NCBI GenBank assembly: GCA_050250895.1
Contig: JBFWNU010000002.1
Location: 256,001-320,000, forward strand
Source: Vulcanimicrobiota bacterium
GTDB taxonomy: Bacteria; Vulcanimicrobiota; Xenobia; Xenobiales; JADMJV01
Direction of reading: 5' to 3'
DNA length: 64,000 bases
Shown here: piece after piece, positions 45,341 to 53,931 of the stretch
Position numbering within the stretch: the stretch's first letter is position 1
Layout of the letters: the number at the start of each line of letters is the position of its first letter
Translations under genes and position numbers: made by a program
Notes under the pieces: model-generated
Databases searched by the model: none
What the model was told of the DNA's origin: nothing
Seen by the model: the letters and a program-made list of their open reading frames with translations, nothing else

Positions 45341-47503
45341 CTAGCGCAGATCGCTGAGCTTGACGGTGACGTTGTCTTGCTCGACATTGAAGGTTGCCGC
45401 GCCCTGTTTGCGGCCGCCGCCGGTGTGGGTGCTCGAGGGCTCGGACGAGGTCGTGGGGGCGGCGGCCGGCTGGCGCTCGCCCCGGCCGAGAGAGGATTGG
45501 CCCTTCTCGCTCCCCAGTTCGCGCCGCTCACCCATCGGCCGCAGCAGGCCCATCAAAGGCTTGCCGCCCTGAGGTCTTGGAGCGCGGCCGCCGGGGCGGC
45601 CGTGAGGGGCTGAGTGCACCTGGCCCGCGGGTTGGCCGGGGGCACCCCGGTGTTGGGCTGGAGGGTGCTCGCCCTGGCGGGACGGGTGAGGCTGGGTCGC
45701 CGTCTGCGGGGCCGGGGCCGAGACGGGCCTGACTTCGGCTTCGGGCTGGTGAACAGGTTGGGGAGGCTGGTGACCAGAGTGCTGATGGCCGCCCGAGTGC
45801 TCTCCGCCGTGACCAGGCTGGGCGTGTTCCACTCGGCGTTCGTGGTGCTGACGATGGGGATGTTTTTTGGGCTTGGTTTTGGCCTGAGCCGCCACTTTGC
45901 CGTCTTTCTTCTGCTTGGGTTGGCCGTCTGTAAGGCCGGGGGCGCCCTCCATCGGGGCTGCGTCATCGAACCCCGAAGCCAGCGGCGAGCCCGTCGGTGA
46001 AGCACCGCCCAGGGGGTTGCCGGCCGGTGCTTGACCCGGCTGGCCGCCGCGCCCGGCCTCCTGGCCAAAGGCTTTGCGCATCGCTTCGTCGAGGGCGCGC
46101 AGATTGTCGCTGGCCCCTTCCGAGCGCTGGTGGTCTTTGGCCGCGGTCTGGTTGGCCTGACCGGCCTGGTTCTGAGCCTGGTCGCGACGCTCGCCGGCCT
46201 GGTCGGCCTGATTGCGGTTCTGGTCGGCTTCGGCGAAGTTCTTGCTGGCGTCAGACTTGTGCTGGGTGGCCTGGTCGAGGAACTTCTTCATCTCTTCTAG
46301 GAACTTCTCGGCCTTCTGGATGGCCTGGTCTTCTTTCGACCTGGCCTTCTGGTGGTTGGCTTTGGCTTTGGTCTGCTGTTGCTTGCCCTGGGCCTGCACC
46401 TGTTTGCCCTGGGCCTGGGTGGTGCGCCCGGTGGATTGCAGCCCCTGGCCCTGCGCTTGCAAACCTTTGCCGCTGGCTTGCAGGCCCTTCCCGGTGGCTT
46501 GCAGCCCCAGGCCGCCAGCTTCCAGGACCGCGCCCTGAGCCAGCAGGGCGGCCCCAGCGGGGGCGGTGAAGACGCCGGCCGCCAAGGCGGCGCCGCTGGC
46601 CATCAGGCCCTGGCCCGAAACCTGCATGCCCACTCCGGTGGCTTCGGTGGCATGGCCATTGGCTTCGGTGGTATGACCGGTGGTCTCCACGCCCTGGCCG
46701 GTAGTTTCGGTGGCTTTGCCCTGGGCCTCGGTAGCCCGACCCGAGGCCTCCACGGCTCGGCCCTGGGCTTCTTTGGCCTTCTCCATCTGCTGAACGGCCT
46801 TCTGGGCCTCGGCTACCATTTTCTGGGCCTGGCTCATCTCTTGAGCCTGCCGACCCTGCTGGGTGTTGCTGTCGGCCATCTGCAAATTCTGATTGCCGCT
46901 GTGGGTATTCTGGCCGGCGCTCTGCAAGAAGTTTTGCTGGGCCTCACCCTGTTGGCGGGCGGTGTCGCTGAAGGCACGGGCCGCCTCGGTGTTGCCCTGG
47001 GCGCTTTTCTTGGCCTCTTCCTGAGCTCGGCCCTGACCCTGGCTGGCGTCTTGCAACTGCTGGCGGCCTTGCTCGTCGCGTTTGACCGAAAGATCGCTGC
47101 CCAGGGCAGGGGGCGTGAAATTGCTGGTTCCGTCGGCGGGTGACGAGGCGGGTGTACCGCCCCCGAAAGCGTTGCCCAGCATGGCCGGAGCCGCGCCTAG
47201 AAAGCGGGTCAGCGCGTCGCCCAGCCCCAGGCTCGAGCCCAGCGGCGGCATTGCGCCCGGCATCCCGCCAAACTTGCCGGGGGTGACACCCATCAGATTC
47301 TTGTTCTGCGGCATCTGGGGCATGCCCATGGGGGGAGCGGGAATCTTGAGTTCGGGGGGGAGGCCGGCGTTTACGGGGGCGGGGGGGTTGCCTCCCAGAT
47401 AGGTGTTCAGCAGTTGGGGCAGCGAGCCCACCATCGCCATCATATCGGGCGATTGGCCGGCCAGCATCTGGGGAGCGAGGCTTCGTTCGAGCTGCATGTC
47501 CAT
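45341..47503 (-). CDS. 720-aa low-complexity coiled-coil protein with central hydrophobic hairpin (translocator- or pore-former-like)
   Basis: M/P/G-rich N-terminus, Q/A/K coiled coils, Gly-heptad repeats flanking GAALAAGVFTAPAGAALLA, H/P-rich tail. Confidence 0.75.
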   Translation of the reverse strand: MDMQLERSLAPQMLAGQSPDMMAMVGSLPQLLNTYLGGNPPAPVNAGLPPELKIPAPPMGMPQMPQNKNLMGVTPGKFGGMPGAMPPLGSSLGLGDALTRFLGAAPAMLGNAFGGGTPASSPADGTSNFTPPALGSDLSVKRDEQGRQQLQDASQGQGRAQEEAKKSAQGNTEAARAFSDTARQQGEAQQNFLQSAGQNTHSGNQNLQMADSNTQQGRQAQEMSQAQKMVAEAQKAVQQMEKAKEAQGRAVEASGRATEAQGKATETTGQGVETTGHTTEANGHATEATGVGMQVSGQGLMASGAALAAGVFTAPAGAALLAQGAVLEAGGLGLQATGKGLQASGKGLQAQGQGLQSTGRTTQAQGKQVQAQGKQQQTKAKANHQKARSKEDQAIQKAEKFLEEMKKFLDQATQHKSDASKNFAEADQNRNQADQAGERRDQAQNQAGQANQTAAKDHQRSEGASDNLRALDEAMRKAFGQEAGRGGQPGQAPAGNPLGGASPTGSPLASGFDDAAPMEGAPGLTDGQPKQKKDGKVAAQAKTKPKKHPHRQHHERRVEHAQPGHGGEHSGGHQHSGHQPPQPVHQPEAEVRPVSAPAPQTATQPHPSRQGEHPPAQHRGAPGQPAGQVHSAPHGRPGGRAPRPQGGKPLMGLLRPMGERRELGSEKGQSSLGRGERQPAAAPTTSSEPSSTHTGGGRKQGAATFNVEQDNVTVKLSDLR

Positions 47504-47537
47504 CGGTATGAGGATCCTTTCTCGTCTCTTTGCGGCC

Positions 47538-47596
47538 AGTATAGAAACGACAGGAGTTCTCCAGGTGTGACAGTTCCCAACGAATGTTAACTTTTT
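47538..47596 (-). promoter_or_regulatory. GTTAAC/CACACC-type promoter
   Basis: AAAAAGTTAACATT...TCACACCTG-N18-TATACT. Confidence 0.65.
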
Positions 47597-47615
47597 CGTC
47601 GCGGAAGCTGCAGCT

Positions 47616-48668
47616 TTACAGGCTGGTGACGGCCATGTTGTAGAGGGGCAAGAAAGTGGCCAGCACCACGAAGCCGGTGAGCAGGCCCATGACCGTCAGG
47701 ATCAAAGGCTCGAGTAGCGTCACCAGTTGCGATGTGCGCAAGTTGATGGACTGGTCGAAGAACTCCGAGAGCCGCCTGAAGTTGACCGCCAGTTGGCCGG
47801 ATTCTTCCCCAGCCTTGATTTGCACCAGCAGATTCTCGGGCAGCAGACCGCTGATTCGCAAAGCCTCGCTGAACTCTGTACCCTGGCGCACCTCTTCGAT
47901 GCATTGGGCCAACCGTCGACGGTATCCTGGCCAGGGCAGATAGAGAGTCTTGAGGCTGGTGACCAGATCGCAACCGGCGTCGAGCATTAAGTGGAGGTCG
48001 GCCAGACAGTCGGCGTATACTCTTTCGTGATTGAGCTTGCCGAGCAGCGGTGTCTCGAACCAGAGCCATTCCCTCAGCCTCTCGACCCGTGGGTCCGAAC
48101 TCGCGGCCACCACCGCTCCCACCCATACTCCCAGGGTGGTTAGAATCAGCAGTATCGAGGCCAGATTCTGGCTGGCCCAAATCAACAGGCGGGTGGGCCA
48201 GGGTAGGGGGACCCGCAGTCCGGTCAGGAACGGCAGCAGTTTGGGAAACATGTAAAGCGCCATGAACGCGGCCATGGCCGTCGACACCAGACAGAGAAAG
48301 GCGGGATAGGCCAGGGCGCTCTTGAGCGAGCGCTCCATCGTTTCGCGGCGGGCCGACTGCTGGGTGATTCGCTCGAGGACCTCGGCCAGGCGCCCCGAGT
48401 TCTCGGCCACAGTGACGAGGTTGACCACAAAGGCGCTAAAGGTATTACCCAGGCTCTTCATGGCTTCAGAGAGACGCCGCCCGTGGCTGATCTTGGTCAC
48501 CAGAATCGCCGAGGTCGAGGCCAGGCGCGGTTGCTCGCTGGCGGCCAGCGACTCGAGCGCCCTCACCAGGGGCACGCCCGAGCCCCACATCATTTGCAGT
48601 TGCAGAGCCCAGAGGTGGAGTTCGTGCGTGTTGAGCGGGGGGTGGCCCGTCGGCTGGGATGTCGTCAT
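47616..48668 (-). CDS. PilC/GspF-family platform protein
   Basis: SGVPLVRAL, G.RLSEAM, ENSGRL, ALAYP, GEESGQL, LLEP, FLPLY. Confidence 0.92.
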   Translation of the reverse strand: MTTSQPTGHPPLNTHELHLWALQLQMMWGSGVPLVRALESLAASEQPRLASTSAILVTKISHGRRLSEAMKSLGNTFSAFVVNLVTVAENSGRLAEVLERITQQSARRETMERSLKSALAYPAFLCLVSTAMAAFMALYMFPKLLPFLTGLRVPLPWPTRLLIWASQNLASILLILTTLGVWVGAVVAASSDPRVERLREWLWFETPLLGKLNHERVYADCLADLHLMLDAGCDLVTSLKTLYLPWPGYRRRLAQCIEEVRQGTEFSEALRISGLLPENLLVQIKAGEESGQLAVNFRRLSEFFDQSINLRTSQLVTLLEPLILTVMGLLTGFVVLATFLPLYNMAVTSL

Positions 48669-49195
48669 TGGTTGAAGAGACGAAATTGAAAGGTCGTCTG
48701 CCGGGAACTTCGGGCGCCGTGAGTTCCCTCTTTGGTCAAATGGACTTCCATCTCGAGCATGCCTCGGCTGCGGCGAATGAAGCGGGCCGAACCCTCGTCG
48801 CCGAATTTGGCCAGCACCCGGCGTTCGCTGGTGAGGCGCACCAATTCTCCGTTTTCAAACGAGATGGTGAAAGGTTCGCCCCATTCCGGCAGACCTTCGG
48901 CGGTGACCGAGGGCTCGCCATTAGGAGCGAGCATCAGAGGGGTCAACTCGAGCGAGGTGACGTACTCGGGTTCGATCCAATCGTTGGGAGCAGTCAGCCG
49001 GGACGACTTCAGGGACGAGTCGAGATGGCGGGTGGCAGCCATAATCTCGCGATCGATGTCCGCTTTCAAAGAAATCAAGCGCTCGGCTCTCACCGACGAG
49101 TGATAGATCATCCAGATCGCCAGCAGCAGAACCGAGAAGACGGTGCTCACGACCAGCACCTCGGCCAGGGTCGCACCCCGAAATCGCGTTTTCAC
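48665..49195 (-). CDS. Minor pilin (PilW-like)
   Basis: RG|ATLAE prepilin motif. Confidence 0.78.
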   Translation of the reverse strand: MKTRFRGATLAEVLVVSTVFSVLLLAIWMIYHSSVRAERLISLKADIDREIMAATRHLDSSLKSSRLTAPNDWIEPEYVTSLELTPLMLAPNGEPSVTAEGLPEWGEPFTISFENGELVRLTSERRVLAKFGDEGSARFIRRSRGMLEMEVHLTKEGTHGARSSRQTTFQFRLFNQ

Positions 49196-49590
49196 GGCTG
49201 GCCCTTCAGGAACTTGGTGGTCATGAACTTCTGATGCTCGGCGCCGTTTTTGTCCTTCCAGTAGATGGTGATGTCGACTCTCTTGAGGTCGTCGCGTTCG
49301 CGCGTCTCAGTCAATTCAAATTCGACCCCCTCGAGACTCGCTAAGGGCTGGCGCCCGGCCGCAAAGACCTCTGGGACCAGGTCGTGATCGAAGTGCTCGG
49401 TCAGGGCGTCGCCGGCCTGGCCGAAGATGGCGTTGGCGGCGATACTGACCTTCTCATAAGACCGGCCCTCGGCCTGATTGCGCAAGACGGACGTCAGCAC
49501 CCCCAGGAGGCCGAACAGGACCAGCGTCAAGATGAAGATGGCGAACATCATCTCGATCATGTTGAAGCCACGCTCGAGTCGTCTTCGCAC
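49192..49590 (-). CDS. Minor pilin (PilV-like)
   Basis: RG|FNMIE; C-terminal LKRVDITIYW. Confidence 0.82.
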   Translation of the reverse strand: MRRRLERGFNMIEMMFAIFILTLVLFGLLGVLTSVLRNQAEGRSYEKVSIAANAIFGQAGDALTEHFDHDLVPEVFAAGRQPLASLEGVEFELTETRERDDLKRVDITIYWKDKNGAEHQKFMTTKFLKGQP

Positions 49591-49599
49591 CAGCGTCTC

Positions 49600-51303
49600 C
49601 TAGAAGTAGGTGGCCTTCACGTAATAGGTCCCTTTGCCGCTGCCGTCGCGCTTTTGTCCCGCCGACATCTGGGAAAGAAACTTCTCGAGCGAACCGCCCT
49701 CGCCGTGAACCGGCGGCAGGATATCGTAGCCTTCGTCGGTCTGAAGGAAGATCGCATCCGAGCCTTTGGTGGTCGGAACCCTGAGAATCAGTTGACCGTC
49801 CGAGCCCATGCCCACCTCGAGCCGCTTCGGCAGGCCGCTCTGTTCGATCTCGGCCCCGGAACTGTCGAAATACTTGTTGGGGGGCGAGGGGATTGGCTCC
49901 CAGGCGCCCGCGCTGTATTTGTAGACGGTATCCACCAAACCAGATTTTGAAGGGCGGTTGACGACGAACAACTCGTCCTCGTCACCCCCGACCATGCCGC
50001 CCAGAGTGGGTCCCCGTTTCTTCGGATATGAGCTGTCCACCAGTTGACCCGACTTGTCGTAGAAACGGGCCGGCGGATCGGGGATGGGCGTCCACTCGCC
50101 GTCGGCATGCCGGTACAGGGCCGAGGTGTGAGTATTGGGATAGATCTGGGTCAGGTTGGCGATCAAGATATCCAGCAAGTACTTGATTCCGACCGGCTCG
50201 AGATCACCGGTTTGGACATATTCGTGGCCGCCCTGATCGGCCGCCATCAGCAAAATGTCCTTGCCCGGGGGCATGGTGATGGTCCACTGGTTGGTTTCGT
50301 CGGTGTAGGTGTAGATCGAGTCTTGACCTCGGCGGTAGACAGGCACGCTCACCCCGCCCTCATAGGCGGCCGGAGGGCCGGCCACGCCCTGAACGTGATA
50401 GTTGCCGGGTTGTTTCACCATTTCGCCATTCACAAAAGTGGCTTCTTCTACCGGGGGTAGAGCCGTCCAGTCGCCGTCATCGTGCGAGAACTTGTACATT
50501 ACGGCTCCTTTGCTGACGGTGACGTCTTTGACCTGACCCACCAGCACCTGCGCCACCGGGACCAGATCGCCCACCGTCAGGCCCTGGTTGCCTCCATTGA
50601 CCATGGTGTGTAGCGCGAAGTCTCCCCATGGCAAGAAGATGGGAATGCCAAAGAAAAAGGCCGGGCTGGGCTTATCATCCCAGCCGTCCAGAGTGGGAGC
50701 ATAGACGACATAGGCCGACCCGTCCGGAGAACCCGAGATGTACGGAATGCTCCCGGCCACTTCACCCGGCTTGTACTCCAGAACCCCGGCGTCAGAATAG
50801 CGGGCCCGGGGCAGGTCCGGTAAGCGATTCCAGGCCCCCGAGTCCGACAGTTCGCTGTAATAGATCGGATCGGGCGAGTCCTTGTCGGTATTGGTCACGT
50901 TGGTGTAGACCCTGGCCAGGGTGCGTTCCTTGAAGTTGGCGAGTCGTTTGATCTGTTCGGGTTTTCCCTGACCGGGTGAGTAGGTCTGGGCGACCACCAG
51001 GACCGTCTTGGCCTCTTGGTCCACCGGTTCAACCCAGCTTTCGACGACCCGACCGCCGTTGGTCACCCGGCGAGGGTTGTCGCGCGAATAGGTGGTCGGC
51101 TCGAGGCCGCTATTGAGGTCTGACAGAAGCTCGTTGGCGGCGCCCAGACTCAGGTAGCGAAATTCCGTTGCCTCGATGGAGCCTAGGGATAGGCTGAAGT
51201 TATACGAAACGCTGGCGATGAGCACGGTGGATAAGAGCAACACGAACATTGCAACGAACAACGCCGTGGGCACGATGATCCCACGATATCGGCTTTTCAT
51301 CAC
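49600..51303 (-). CDS. PilX-like protein with beta-propeller-like C-terminal domain
   Basis: RG|IIVPT without E5; repeated Y....G.W..(L/I)P.PP blades. Confidence 0.72.
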   Translation of the reverse strand: MMKSRYRGIIVPTALFVAMFVLLLSTVLIASVSYNFSLSLGSIEATEFRYLSLGAANELLSDLNSGLEPTTYSRDNPRRVTNGGRVVESWVEPVDQEAKTVLVVAQTYSPGQGKPEQIKRLANFKERTLARVYTNVTNTDKDSPDPIYYSELSDSGAWNRLPDLPRARYSDAGVLEYKPGEVAGSIPYISGSPDGSAYVVYAPTLDGWDDKPSPAFFFGIPIFLPWGDFALHTMVNGGNQGLTVGDLVPVAQVLVGQVKDVTVSKGAVMYKFSHDDGDWTALPPVEEATFVNGEMVKQPGNYHVQGVAGPPAAYEGGVSVPVYRRGQDSIYTYTDETNQWTITMPPGKDILLMAADQGGHEYVQTGDLEPVGIKYLLDILIANLTQIYPNTHTSALYRHADGEWTPIPDPPARFYDKSGQLVDSSYPKKRGPTLGGMVGGDEDELFVVNRPSKSGLVDTVYKYSAGAWEPIPSPPNKYFDSSGAEIEQSGLPKRLEVGMGSDGQLILRVPTTKGSDAIFLQTDEGYDILPPVHGEGGSLEKFLSQMSAGQKRDGSGKGTYYVKATYF

Positions 51304-51400
51304 GATAGTTGCCCCGACTCCCGCTCGTTTAGCCGCGGTTGCGCAGCCTTCCAGGAGTATACCACAGATTGAACCGGGGGTGACTCTCTCGAAGTGGTCC

Positions 51401-51428
51401 CGACCGGGCTCGACCCCGAGCCCGGTCG
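51401..51428. terminator. Strong hairpin downstream of 51441..51737
   Basis: CGACCGGGCTCG-accc-CGAGCCCGGTCG; no U-tract. Confidence 0.5.
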
Positions 51429-51440
51429 AGGGCGGGGCGA

Positions 51441-51737
51441 CTAGGCTGCGGCCGCCGGGCGCGTGGCCGGGTCCTGGCCGGCGTTGGGGCCGTAGTTCTG
51501 CTGCAGGCCCTTGATCAGGCCGTCTGCTCCGGAAGCACCGCTGGCCTCTTGGGGCCCGGTCACGATCTGGTCGGTGGGCAACTGGTTAGCGGGCGGCGCT
51601 TGCGGGGCCACCGGGGCGACTCCGTTGGCCGCCGAGGCGGCCTCGGCATCCTTGTTATCGGTGGTCGATTGAGCCTTGTGCTCGCTGCCTCTGGTGTAAG
51701 CGCTGGGGTCGTTGAGGCCAATTCTCTCTAGATTCAT
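51441..51737 (-). CDS. Small disordered protein
   Basis: GGAGGAG RBS; Ala/Pro/Gln-rich; GTTAAC-type promoter upstream. Confidence 0.68.
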   Translation of the reverse strand: MNLERIGLNDPSAYTRGSEHKAQSTTDNKDAEAASAANGVAPVAPQAPPANQLPTDQIVTGPQEASGASGADGLIKGLQQNYGPNAGQDPATRPAAAA

Positions 51738-51831
51738 TTCGATCTCCTCCCGAATTTCTGCCCTGATAGTAGCCGGCCCGACAGGACCCCAGCTGTTCAG
51801 GAGGAGGTCGAGTGTAACAGCCGAGTTAACA

Positions 51832-52347
51832 TTAGCCGCGACGCTGGCCTAGCTCGACCACTTCTTCTTGGGCGAGATCAAGGTCGACGAACGCCTCGGC
51901 CAGAACGCCGATGCCCTGACGGACGACTTCAGGATTGTCGGTGGTGCGAAAGCTAAGCATCAGTTCGGCCCCCTCGCAGAGACGACCAAAACAGCGGCGG
52001 ATCTCGTGGTAGAGTCGATTTTCGTCGGCCGAAAGACCGGCGTAGCGGCGCTCGACTTTAGGTGACTCGAGGGAATGGAGGATGCGACGTTGTTGCTGGC
52101 TGAGTTGACCCACCCGCTCCAGGAAGGTCGGCTTGTCGATCCGGTCGTTGAAGAGTTCGTCGGCGGCGTGCTCGAAAGCAAGATACTGCTTGCTCTCATG
52201 GAGAGGGGTCTGGGGGAAGCGATCGCTCTGGGGCGCCCGAAAGTGGAACTGCTCCTTGACGTCCAGGCGCACGTCATCTTCAACCTGGTCGAGGGAAGAA
52301 AAGGCGTCGGCCAGCACGGCCCAGACATCTTCGTTCTGGTCTTCCAT
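51832..52347 (-). CDS. Hypothetical helical protein
   Basis: Acidic N-terminus; similar to 29893..30288. Confidence 0.65.
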   Translation of the reverse strand: MEDQNEDVWAVLADAFSSLDQVEDDVRLDVKEQFHFRAPQSDRFPQTPLHESKQYLAFEHAADELFNDRIDKPTFLERVGQLSQQQRRILHSLESPKVERRYAGLSADENRLYHEIRRCFGRLCEGAELMLSFRTTDNPEVVRQGIGVLAEAFVDLDLAQEEVVELGQRRG

Positions 52348-52366
52348 GGGGGTGTCCGTTCGTGTC

Positions 52367-52446
52367 CAAAAAGAAAAGCCCTCGCAGGGAGGGCGCACGA
52401 AGGAGAGATAGGTTCGGAGTCGGGCGACTCCGTCCACAGCTATTCT
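52367..52446 (-). ncRNA. Candidate ~80-nt sRNA or attenuator leader
   Basis: -10 TATATT (52453-58), hairpin CGGAGTCG/GACTCCG, CU-rich linker, terminator GCCCTC-N5-GAGGGC-TTTTCTTTTT. Confidence 0.45.
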
Positions 52447-52536
52447 GGTAGTAATATAGCCGGCCGAGCAGGAACCCAGCTGGACCCGGGGGGTTCTTTG
52501 CCGCACATTTTGTGAGCAGAACGTGAACAGTTTGGG

Positions 52537-53871
52537 TTAGCTGATCTGGTGGCGCTGGCTGTCGGGCCAGTCGCGCAAAGCATAGAGTTGAACCAGGCCG
52601 GCCTGATCGATGGTGCTCAACTGACCGTGTCCTTCGTACGAGCCCAGTCCGTTGCCGGAGCGATTGAAGAGACCACTGGAGGGCTCGAGGGCCTGGCTCC
52701 AAGCCCGCTCGAGATAGCCGTCGAGGGCCTGCTCGGCGGCCGGGTCCTCGAGTTGCAGGAGGTTGCGAAAGAAGACCGCGTTAAAGGCCGGCGGCTGGCG
52801 CCACAGAACGTCGTCGCTGAAGTGGTGGAGGGCGGCCCTGGCCGTTTGCTGGGCTTTCTCGAGGTGGCTCGGGTCGCCAGTGAGCCGATACCAGAGCAGG
52901 TGCGCTCCCACCGGGGTTCCCTGGTTGTAGGACCAGACGGTGGGGTCGACCCGACCGCTTTCCAGGTTGACGTTGTCGGCATACAGTCCGTCGGGTTGGC
53001 GCAACCGGCTGTCCATCAACTCGGTCAACTGGCGGGCAAAATCGAGGTGCCGGCTGTCGCCCGTCTGTTGATACAGCCGCAGCGACAGTTCGATGGTGGG
53101 GCCGAGCACGCAAGTGTTGTAAGAGGGATTGGGGTTGCCTTCTTCCCATAACAGGCCGCCGTCAGGCTGCTGGGCCGAGCGCAAGAAGGCCGCGACCTCT
53201 TCCGCTTTTTCGAGATAGCCGCCCTGGGGCACCTGCTGGGCGGCCTGCACGAACACCAGGCCAAGCCAGGCGTTGTCGTCGTAGAAGCGGTTTCCCAGCA
53301 GACCGAAAGGTCCTCGCGAGGAGGCGTAACCTCCCTCCGGGTGGCGATATTGCTCGAGGCCGTTCACCAGTTGCTCGAAGTCGTTGTAGTCGCCCGTGAC
53401 CCTGGCCTGGTCGAGGGCGGCGGCCATCACCTGGCCGTAGGGCCAGACGGTGATGCGGCCGGCTGCCCCCGGCCGGTCGCGCAGGCTCTCCAGTCCTCCG
53501 CTAAAGTGGCCTCGCAAGCCCTCCCAGGCGTAGTTGGCCTGATGAATGCTGGCCTTGAGCTGGGCCGGTGAAGTCACGCCCTCACACGAGAGCACCTGCT
53601 CGAGGCGGGGCGCGTCGTTGAGCGTGGCGCAGGCGATGGCCGGGGGAGTGGGGCCGCCGCCCAGGGTTCCGATCAGCCGGGCCCCCGCCAGCGCCGTCCA
53701 GGCCAGGGCCGCCAGCAGGGGTTTTCGACTCCTGGGAGGGGCCGGGTCGAGGGTGCTCAGAGTCGATCCATCGACGGGCGGGGCCGGCTCGACTCGTCCC
53801 GCCGAGGCTCCGGGAGGCGCGCTGCGCTTGAGCTCGGGTGGATGAACGCGACGGTCGGAAGGCACTCGCAT
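52537..53871 (-). CDS. Glycoside hydrolase family 76
   Basis: FYDDNAW catalytic motif, GG..W, WSYNQG, FNAVFFRNL; disordered leader then a TM. Confidence 0.85.
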   Translation of the reverse strand: MRVPSDRRVHPPELKRSAPPGASAGRVEPAPPVDGSTLSTLDPAPPRSRKPLLAALAWTALAGARLIGTLGGGPTPPAIACATLNDAPRLEQVLSCEGVTSPAQLKASIHQANYAWEGLRGHFSGGLESLRDRPGAAGRITVWPYGQVMAAALDQARVTGDYNDFEQLVNGLEQYRHPEGGYASSRGPFGLLGNRFYDDNAWLGLVFVQAAQQVPQGGYLEKAEEVAAFLRSAQQPDGGLLWEEGNPNPSYNTCVLGPTIELSLRLYQQTGDSRHLDFARQLTELMDSRLRQPDGLYADNVNLESGRVDPTVWSYNQGTPVGAHLLWYRLTGDPSHLEKAQQTARAALHHFSDDVLWRQPPAFNAVFFRNLLQLEDPAAEQALDGYLERAWSQALEPSSGLFNRSGNGLGSYEGHGQLSTIDQAGLVQLYALRDWPDSQRHQIS

Positions 53872-53931
53872 ACTGCTTCTATAGCACAGCCAGCTTGTCT
53901 GGAAGTTGATCACGCTCGGCAGTTGTAAACA

